Virus record (IMG/VR): IMGVR_UViG_3300029319_008466 | Coordinates: 1 to 64,000 of that record | Source of the DNA: a virus | Length of the DNA stretch: 64,000 bases | Direction: 5' to 3' (one strand) | Part shown: piece by piece, positions 56,863 through 64,000 of the stretch | Position numbering within the stretch: position 1 is the first letter of the stretch | How the letters are laid out: each line of letters begins with the position of its first letter | Program-made: the position numbers and the translations under genes | The notes under the pieces: model-generated | What the model was told of the DNA's origin: nothing | Databases searched by the model: none | Seen by the model: only the letters and a program-made list of their open reading frames with translations

Positions 56863-59757
56863 ATGGCTGAAAAATGTGAAATATTCGGAGATCTTGTTCC
56901 CAATGTATACATTGATAAAATATTTTTGCAAGAAGATCGTGTTAATGTGACATTAAAATTGGTGGACCGCCCTCAAGACGGAGGATTGACCGCTATTTTG
57001 GGACAAGTAGATTTAAACAAATACCTTAAGATACATTGTATATTAGCAACTGGTGCTGGTGCAGGTTCAGACGCAGAAGCCGTCGAAAACGGACTAGATA
57101 ACAAAGACCACATATCTCAAGGGCCCCACACACTTCCTGGGCTTTGGCGTCAGCGAGGGCTAGACACATTTAGTTCTTATGTGATCGACCAACAAGGCAA
57201 TATAAATTTGGTAAAAGATTTTGAATTTTTCGCCCCTTACACTTCAAATACCGATTTTGAAAATCTTTCTGTTTTTGCATTTGCCCAACTTGACACGAAA
57301 CAACTGGAATCCGATTTAAATACCTCGGCTAAAATTCCTGTGGTTTTGCCAGAAAGTTTGATTAATCTATCTAGCCCCTATATTCATGAAATTGTAATTA
57401 AAGATTTTAAAATTGTGTCACTAATGAAGGCTTACGAGATACAAGGTACCACTTCAATTTATGTGCCGAAGACCGGATTGGGACAACATGATCACACTTA
57501 TCAAATCGACTCATCTGGAAACGGATATACAGAATATGCAGTCTCCCCCGCAGATCCCCAAATTAGACACAGGCATCGTGTTATAGCGGGTATTGTACAG
57601 GAAGCACAAAGTGCAGGCGTAGGATCTCACATTCATGAGTTAGTAGAGACATTTATTAATGTTTACAATGTTCACGATTTTAGAATCAGAAATACAATAA
57701 ATGCACTTATTGCCGAATTCGATGAAATAATTGATCTTGCAACGACTAACTTTCCAGAACAAACAAAAATTTTAAATAGCGCAATTTCACAAGATTCATA
57801 TTTTACACAATTTTATGTAACCAAAGATGCAACAAAAACAGCAAGATTTTTGTTTGCATTTGATAGAGCCCGATACATTTTTGAAAACTCAGCATATTCT
57901 AAATTGATTAAAGCTATGAGTGATAATATGAAACAAAAAATATTGTCAGAATCAAAAATAACACAGTTTAAACTTGTGCGACAACAAGTAAAAGAAAACA
58001 TCTCCCACAATCGATTGGGCACACCTCTTAGAGATTATAGATTTTTTGGAAATGGAACGTTTGATAAGATAGTCGTAGATTCATTAAACAATTCTAATAT
58101 AACAGAAATAGACGTATTGTTACCTGATCAAGTGGACACATCGAATTCTGATATTAGATTTTATACTGGCGAGGATATATCTATAAAATCCGAAACTGAT
58201 GGAAAATTTCGTTACGCCTTGGACATGGAAATAAATGATGCATTTATATCAATTGTAAAAGAACAGCTACAGCTATTATCAAACGCAGCAGGCACTTATG
58301 CAGAATATACAACAAAGGCTCAGATACCCAATTATTACGATCATATGACAAGAACATTTTTAGTAACTAATTTTTTTGACATACCTGCTTCTTTCAGCTT
58401 TAATAAAGCGACACTGTTCGTTCCAGAGCTAACAAGGTTGACTGAAATTGTTGATGCCTACTTAAATACTTTGGGGCTTTTTGTTAATATCTCTTCGAGA
58501 CAATCAGATTTTCAACTCGCTATATTAAACTTTATACGTTCAGACATAGGCACAATTGATGGTGTATTGTTGTTCAGTGATATGCTTAATGATTTAATCG
58601 CAGAAGTTAACAAAATTTTAAAAATCTCACACTCAGTGGGAAGCGTTGAGAGCGCATCTGCTGTAGAAAAGACAAATAAAATATTTGCGTTTGGAGGCAA
58701 AACACATACTCCCGCAATGTACCACAGACATGTATTCAAAAACGTTGTAGATGCCAGGTATTATAACGAAAAATGGGTCGATAATATTAGTAAAGAATTC
58801 GTGTCCACAGCAGCAGGTCCATTTGGTGCAATTCCCACACCAAGGTTTGCGGCTTTTGGCAGATTGAATATTTATACGGAGGATGATCTTATAGCAGCCA
58901 CTTCGACGTATTCAAAAACCGCTGAAACTACAGAGGAGCAAGCATATTACGTTTCTCCAAAATACAAGACAACACAATCGTTAAAAAAACTGTCTGAGAT
59001 TATTGCAGAATCGCCAGGCTTTTCTGAAAACCTGTTGATAGACGAGTTAAGTGCAGCAGATTTAAGTGATAAAAAGTTTGATGAAACAATATTATCAAGC
59101 GTTATTCCTCCGGTTGATGAGCCACCTAGTTTTGAAGTTTTGACCAATTTTCTTGTTCCAACCGTAAGCACTCCGATCCCCTGGCCAGGTCCATTCTCAC
59201 CAAGTTTCAGTATATCTATGAACAAAATTTTATTAAGAGACGCCACGTTTATAGATTATGAAAAAGTTAATTTAGAACGAATGCAAACCACTGGTCAATA
59301 CTTTTTTTGTCGGCAAAGAAAGCGCTCAGACATGGAAGTCTTTGATAGCTATTTTTTATTAACGCCCTCAAGCCCTGTACCATTTGAACAAATGGAGCCA
59401 GAAGATCCGTCAACAATGGGCGAAGAAAAGCCAAGCGAGACTAAAGCAGGTCCGGTTGCTCAAGTAGCTGTACCGGGACTGGGCCCCGATATAACGGTTT
59501 TTGAAGATCAACAAAACAGTCAATCATATTACATTGGACCAAGAGAGTCAAAATTTCAAATTGAGCGCGATGTGCAATTGACCATCGAAGAGGAAGAAAA
59601 TCCTCAAATTTACATTGGGTCGCGAGGCGGAGGCGTAGATCTCGTCGATGCTGCTGCAACAATTACTACGCTAACAAAAGAACAGAATAAAACAAAAGAA
59701 AAGAAGACAGTAAGAAAAGATGTTGTCGATGTGATCAAAGGTGGGGGGTATAACTAA
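56863..59757 (+). CDS. Large putative virion protein with a His-rich module
   Basis: 964 aa with an HDH...HRH...HIH insert; ends in GGGYN. Confidence 0.6.
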   Translation: MAEKCEIFGDLVPNVYIDKIFLQEDRVNVTLKLVDRPQDGGLTAILGQVDLNKYLKIHCILATGAGAGSDAEAVENGLDNKDHISQGPHTLPGLWRQRGLDTFSSYVIDQQGNINLVKDFEFFAPYTSNTDFENLSVFAFAQLDTKQLESDLNTSAKIPVVLPESLINLSSPYIHEIVIKDFKIVSLMKAYEIQGTTSIYVPKTGLGQHDHTYQIDSSGNGYTEYAVSPADPQIRHRHRVIAGIVQEAQSAGVGSHIHELVETFINVYNVHDFRIRNTINALIAEFDEIIDLATTNFPEQTKILNSAISQDSYFTQFYVTKDATKTARFLFAFDRARYIFENSAYSKLIKAMSDNMKQKILSESKITQFKLVRQQVKENISHNRLGTPLRDYRFFGNGTFDKIVVDSLNNSNITEIDVLLPDQVDTSNSDIRFYTGEDISIKSETDGKFRYALDMEINDAFISIVKEQLQLLSNAAGTYAEYTTKAQIPNYYDHMTRTFLVTNFFDIPASFSFNKATLFVPELTRLTEIVDAYLNTLGLFVNISSRQSDFQLAILNFIRSDIGTIDGVLLFSDMLNDLIAEVNKILKISHSVGSVESASAVEKTNKIFAFGGKTHTPAMYHRHVFKNVVDARYYNEKWVDNISKEFVSTAAGPFGAIPTPRFAAFGRLNIYTEDDLIAATSTYSKTAETTEEQAYYVSPKYKTTQSLKKLSEIIAESPGFSENLLIDELSAADLSDKKFDETILSSVIPPVDEPPSFEVLTNFLVPTVSTPIPWPGPFSPSFSISMNKILLRDATFIDYEKVNLERMQTTGQYFFCRQRKRSDMEVFDSYFLLTPSSPVPFEQMEPEDPSTMGEEKPSETKAGPVAQVAVPGLGPDITVFEDQQNSQSYYIGPRESKFQIERDVQLTIEEEENPQIYIGSRGGGVDLVDAAATITTLTKEQNKTKEKKTVRKDVVDVIKGGGYN

Positions 59758-62517
59758 ATGGCTGTAAAAAAATGCGAAGACTTGGAAGTCTTTGCCGTAG
59801 AAGGAACCCGAGAAGGAGAAAACGGTAGCGGACAAGGAAAGGCTCCAAAGAAAAAGAAAAAAGTGCTTTTACCTTCTGCTCTTGGAAAAACATTTCAAGC
59901 AGTTGAGAATGCAAATTTTAGTAATCCCGCTGATTCAAAACCTGCGGTGTTACAGGCAACAAAATACAATAAATTTATATTTTTCGACCCAAGTGGAGTT
60001 TTAGATCGATTTAGAGGACAGCATGGAAAATTCTGGACTTTTAATGAGGGGTTGGTTTATGTTAATCCAACTTTAGAAGCGCTTTATACACCACCGGAAA
60101 ACGCAGCGGGAAATTATGGCAGCAAGATTGGCATTTTTTCTATAGATCTCAGCCAACCGATTACCGAAATACCTCCTTCAAAATCTTCGTTGATAAGCAC
60201 ATATCAACAGAACATGGTAATACAAATTGCACCAGAAGTTGTTGACTCTATGGTAGATGACAACGGCAATCAAGGCACTTATAACCACGTAGCTGCCGTC
60301 TGGAACACATTCGTCAACGGTGGTACCTATAACGATTATACAGCAAAACCTTTGTTTGACGTGGACACACAGTTTACAGATCATTATTTTACTTTAAATT
60401 TGCCATTTTCTAAAAATGAATTGGAAAGATATGTAAATCTTTTAAATCACCCCGCACAAGTTTCGGTTGAACCAGATTATGATTTTTATATAAATTATTA
60501 TGAAAACTTAATTAAAAGAAAAACAATCAAAGAAACAATGTTGCCAAACATGTATTCTCAAATTACGAGAACAAAAAACTATGAACAAAACTTGCACGAC
60601 CAGGGTGTGTTGATTACTCCAAACACTTACAGAAGAGATTATTTTAATAGGTGGGCAAAAAGAGTCCTTAACAATCCGAAACAAGCACTTGCCAGCGGAA
60701 ACAAATATAAGAACATTGCAATTGGCAGTGGTGAAATTGATGTTATTTTGGGATACAAAGAGCAAGAAAATTTATACCCCATGAACATTAATATCAATCT
60801 CCAAACTGAGCGAACTGGACATATGCTTATCGCCTGTGACGAAGCGGGCATGACCAATGACGTTATGAAGTTTGCAATGAATGAAATCATGGAAGGTGTA
60901 TCCCCAGCCGCTGGGCCTCCCAGATATGTGAACTTGTCCACGAATATAAACTTTGCACAGTCTAAACAAAAAATCGTTGTTACAGATATAGAAGACTTTA
61001 CTAAAAGTAAATGGTGGATGATGCCATCAACTACAATTGAGTCTACTTCTAAAATGCAGGCAACATTAGAACAGTCTGATGTTCAGGTTATGGATTTGGG
61101 CACTTGGTTGACAATTAATTTAGATGCAGAATCAGAAGGGACAGAATACCTTAAGAAAACCAATTTTGATCGCGATCATATTTTCTTAGGCATTAGTACA
61201 GATAAGTCTCAACAACCAAACGAGTGCAACAGTTTTGAGCAAGCATTAAAATCAATAATATTAACTGGAAAGATAAATTCAATACTGCAAGATAAATTTA
61301 GAACATTTGAAGAACTGCTGGCTGGCGAAGAGGCATATAATGAAACTCTCATTTATGAAATTGTACAATATTCTGCAAACGATACAACAACACCACTCCA
61401 AAGAATATTTGTACCAAATACGGAAAAGCTATCCCTTTTAACTTATATCGACACACAAGTCAAATACGATAAGCAATATACATATGAAATATATGCACAC
61501 CAATTTATTGTTGGTACAAAATATCAATATAGTGATCTTAAAATGCAAAGCCAATCGCAGTCCAATTCCAGCGCTGCCTCGATGTCAACGCAATCTTATG
61601 TCACAGATCCAGATGTTTTTTCATATGATAACCGTGTAGGTATCAAAGTTAACTTTGAGCCATCCCTTGCAATTGCTAGAGTACAAATTTATAAACAAAA
61701 TGTTAGAGTGTTAGATGATGCACCTATTGCTCCGAATGTAGATATTGTGCCATACAAAGGTGTCAATAATAATATCTTAGTCAATCTTAGCGGAAATTCA
61801 GGGAGATATATGTTGCGACCAATAATCATCAATGCAAGGGACGCAAAGTTTGTACGAAAATATAAACAATCAAGACATATTTTGCCTCACGAAAGAATAC
61901 AATTTAGTTCAGATGATCCGGTAGGCAGGTTTGAAGCTTATAGGGTTGATGAACCACCAAAGAATTATAAATCTTTTGCTGGAAAAATATTAACAATTGT
62001 TGGCAACAACAAGGCTAGTTCTGCATCTTTTGTAGACACAATGCAACCAAACAAAAAATATTATTATACGTTTAGGGGGATTGACATTCATGGAAATCGT
62101 TCTAATCCTACACCAGTTTACCAAGTTGAGCTAGTTGATCAAAACGGCGTAATTTTCTTTAATACCAGTATTTATGAGTTTCCAACTGAATCGGGTCGAA
62201 AAACGCCAACAAAAATTGGCAGAAGATATCTAAAAATAAATCCAAATTTAGTGCAATCACTAATTAACTATGATATATTTCTTTCTAATTTGTCATCTGC
62301 TTATGATGCAAACAATGTAATGTTGGGGCATGCCAATAAGCCTGTTTGGAAAAAAAGGTTTAAAATTAGGGTAACGTCAAAACATTCTGGAAAGAAATTC
62401 GATATTAACTTAACCTGTAAAGTTCAATTTGATAAAAAAGACAAGAATAAAAAAACAGCATCCCAAGCTAACAGCACAAAGGGAGGCGGAATGTCCCCTT
62501 GGTGGAACACTTCTTAA
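59758..62517 (+). CDS. Large putative virion protein with FN3-like C-terminal segments
   Basis: YIDTQVKYDKQYTYEIYA and FVDTMQPNKKYYYTFR..D.HGNRSNPT. Confidence 0.6.
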   Translation: MAVKKCEDLEVFAVEGTREGENGSGQGKAPKKKKKVLLPSALGKTFQAVENANFSNPADSKPAVLQATKYNKFIFFDPSGVLDRFRGQHGKFWTFNEGLVYVNPTLEALYTPPENAAGNYGSKIGIFSIDLSQPITEIPPSKSSLISTYQQNMVIQIAPEVVDSMVDDNGNQGTYNHVAAVWNTFVNGGTYNDYTAKPLFDVDTQFTDHYFTLNLPFSKNELERYVNLLNHPAQVSVEPDYDFYINYYENLIKRKTIKETMLPNMYSQITRTKNYEQNLHDQGVLITPNTYRRDYFNRWAKRVLNNPKQALASGNKYKNIAIGSGEIDVILGYKEQENLYPMNININLQTERTGHMLIACDEAGMTNDVMKFAMNEIMEGVSPAAGPPRYVNLSTNINFAQSKQKIVVTDIEDFTKSKWWMMPSTTIESTSKMQATLEQSDVQVMDLGTWLTINLDAESEGTEYLKKTNFDRDHIFLGISTDKSQQPNECNSFEQALKSIILTGKINSILQDKFRTFEELLAGEEAYNETLIYEIVQYSANDTTTPLQRIFVPNTEKLSLLTYIDTQVKYDKQYTYEIYAHQFIVGTKYQYSDLKMQSQSQSNSSAASMSTQSYVTDPDVFSYDNRVGIKVNFEPSLAIARVQIYKQNVRVLDDAPIAPNVDIVPYKGVNNNILVNLSGNSGRYMLRPIIINARDAKFVRKYKQSRHILPHERIQFSSDDPVGRFEAYRVDEPPKNYKSFAGKILTIVGNNKASSASFVDTMQPNKKYYYTFRGIDIHGNRSNPTPVYQVELVDQNGVIFFNTSIYEFPTESGRKTPTKIGRRYLKINPNLVQSLINYDIFLSNLSSAYDANNVMLGHANKPVWKKRFKIRVTSKHSGKKFDINLTCKVQFDKKDKNKKTASQANSTKGGGMSPWWNTS

Positions 62518-62529
62518 ACATGTGAGCTT

Positions 62530-62558
62530 TTAAACGCCTTAAATTTTTGGCAGTTTAA
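62530..62558 (+). terminator. Weak intergenic hairpin
   Basis: TTAAACGCC / GGC-A-GTTTAA stem with a 10-nt loop and no clean U-tract. Confidence 0.2.
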
Positions 62559-62570
62559 TATAATCTAATA

Positions 62571-62577
62571 CTAATTA
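62571..62577 (+). promoter_or_regulatory. Candidate late promoter CTAATTA
   Basis: Intergenic; CTAATTAATA is identical to the copy at 55728-55737. Confidence 0.5.
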
Positions 62578-62597
62578 ATAATACGGAGAATACATAA

Positions 62598-63500
62598 ATG
62601 GCATTTCTTGACAACTCGGGAGACATTATACTCGATGCAGTCCTAACAGATACGGGAAGAATGAGACTAGCAAAGGGTGATGGCTCTTTTAATATTGTGA
62701 AATTCGCTTTAGGCGATGATGAAATCAACTACGAACTTTACGATAAAAATCACACAAGTGGTTCCGCATATTATGATGTGGAGATTTTACAAACACCCGT
62801 GTTGGAAGCGTTTACAAACAATGCCTCATCGATGAAGTCGAAGTTAATGACAATTTCGAGAACTAATCTTCTTTATTTGCCAGTTATGCTTAGAAATACA
62901 ACTGCTGGACTTGGAAATGCTAACACAATTAATGTGCTTTCTGTTGTTGTCGATGCTGCTACTTCTGGTGACACTGGAGATAATGACATAATTAATTATT
63001 TGGGGGCCGGTCAGTATATTGATGGATACACATTGACCAACAATACTACACCAGTTGTAATTGATCAAGGTATTCAATCTACCGATATTGGACCTGCTGC
63101 TTCCCAGACCATAGATCCAGATTTAAAAGAGACACAGTTTATTATTGAAATGGATAATCGTTTGGGCATACTGATTGATCAAAACGGAACTGACGCAACT
63201 CCATCATTTATTGACGATGATAATATTGCTTCTTATTATCTTACAGATACAACTAATACAACTTTCTTCGATGCTCCTAATTTCTCCACAGAGCAAATTA
63301 AAGGACCGCAAGGAAATAGACTTAAATTCCTTGTCCGTCCGACCGGAGATTTGCAGGCAAGCACCTATTTGTTTACTCAAATTGGATCAACTGACACATA
63401 TACAGATGCTGTCTATATAATTGATACAACTATTAGAATTTCCGGCGCAACAACAGGATATTATGTGGATATCCCAATTAGATATATCAAGAAGCAATAA
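62598..63500 (+). CDS. Virion structural protein
   Basis: MAFLDNSGDIILDAVLTDTGR..LA.G...F.I.KFALGDDEINY, with a GGAG SD. Confidence 0.7.
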   Translation: MAFLDNSGDIILDAVLTDTGRMRLAKGDGSFNIVKFALGDDEINYELYDKNHTSGSAYYDVEILQTPVLEAFTNNASSMKSKLMTISRTNLLYLPVMLRNTTAGLGNANTINVLSVVVDAATSGDTGDNDIINYLGAGQYIDGYTLTNNTTPVVIDQGIQSTDIGPAASQTIDPDLKETQFIIEMDNRLGILIDQNGTDATPSFIDDDNIASYYLTDTTNTTFFDAPNFSTEQIKGPQGNRLKFLVRPTGDLQASTYLFTQIGSTDTYTDAVYIIDTTIRISGATTGYYVDIPIRYIKKQ

Positions 63501-63512
63501 CAGGATTTAAAT

Positions 63513-64000
63513 ATGGCTACAACATTTAAGACATTAACCGCAAACGACATTACAAATACAAGAACTTTGCTTCACGAGGCCATTCCCTTGACCGGAACAA
63601 TCTCTTCTGGTACTTATAATGCGGAGGGATCTGATGAAAACATTAAAACGTTTTCTCATGGAATGTTTGAGTCCGTATTTGACTATCCTTATTTAAGCTC
63701 CTCTGCTAATCATATTTACGATATTAGTTACGGAATTTCAACTGGTTCCGTTTTTTCTGCGTCTACAACAATCCAAGGCGCAAAGAAGGTAAATATTTAT
63801 AATCAAATGGCATCTGTGCTTGTTGGACATGATTCTGTCGGCAAAATCCAACGATTTGATCAAGATGGTGATTTAGCCGGTGGCGGCTTCAAGATCAATG
63901 ACGCTGTGTTTTTCAATTTCTCAAGACTTTTAGTAAAAGATGAGATTAAAAAAGGCAGCTTCTCTCTGCAATTTTTAACAGGTGCAACTCCACTTCCTCT
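63513..64000 (+). CDS. Virion structural protein (3'-partial)
   Basis: ATG 63513 (MATTFKTLTANDITNTRTLLHEAIPLTGTISSGTY...) after an AGGA SD; open to the window end and absent from the ORF track. Confidence 0.75.
   Translation, partial: MATTFKTLTANDITNTRTLLHEAIPLTGTISSGTYNAEGSDENIKTFSHGMFESVFDYPYLSSSANHIYDISYGISTGSVFSASTTIQGAKKVNIYNQMASVLVGHDSVGKIQRFDQDGDLAGGGFKINDAVFFNFSRLLVKDEIKKGSFSLQFLTGATPLP

Noticed and set aside
1813-63420. Many 60-118 aa minus-strand and nested ORFs in the track
   Set aside because: They lie inside long, motif-supported + strand genes and have no recognisable motifs.
1-64000. Stop-codon reassignment, inteins, introns, IS elements, DGR
   Set aside because: Genes are full length in the standard code and TAA, TAG and TGA all act as stops. 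I saw no intein, homing-endonuclease, transposase or RT motif and no long repeat pair by eye.

Overview
This window is an AT-rich, gene-dense segment of a large myovirus-type (jumbo-like) phage genome, and all credible genes are on the + strand. It has three blocks. (1) 1-4.2 kb: a small basic peptide, tRNA-Arg(TCT), tRNA-Thr(TGT), PIN-PhoH, a zincin-like protein and a Cas4/RecB-like PD-(D/E)XK nuclease. (2) About 4.2-32 kb: a tightly packed glycan-biosynthesis locus of about 31 genes. It encodes six glycosyltransferase-like proteins (GT4 x2, GT-B-like, GT2, Maf/DUF115-like, GT10-like), NeuB/NeuA, two His-type sugar C3-deoxygenases (RfbH-like, ColD-like), two kinds of ThDP enzyme (YerE-like, short E1 alpha/beta), PanB, a class III aminotransferase, methyltransferases, a B12 radical SAM enzyme, split HldE and an internal atypical tRNA-Asn. 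I see no flippase, polymerase, ABC exporter or Und-P transferase in it. (3) 32-64 kb: a gp55-like sigma factor, a spike/peptidase region, gp25, a baseplate wedge, and very large virion proteins, two of them strongly enriched in [S/T]-G-S. The leading hypothesis is a phage-encoded cytoplasmic system that glycosylates the virion with exotic branched, amino and ulosonic sugars, with [S/T]GS as a candidate sequon. All family calls come from motif recognition by eye; no database searches were run.
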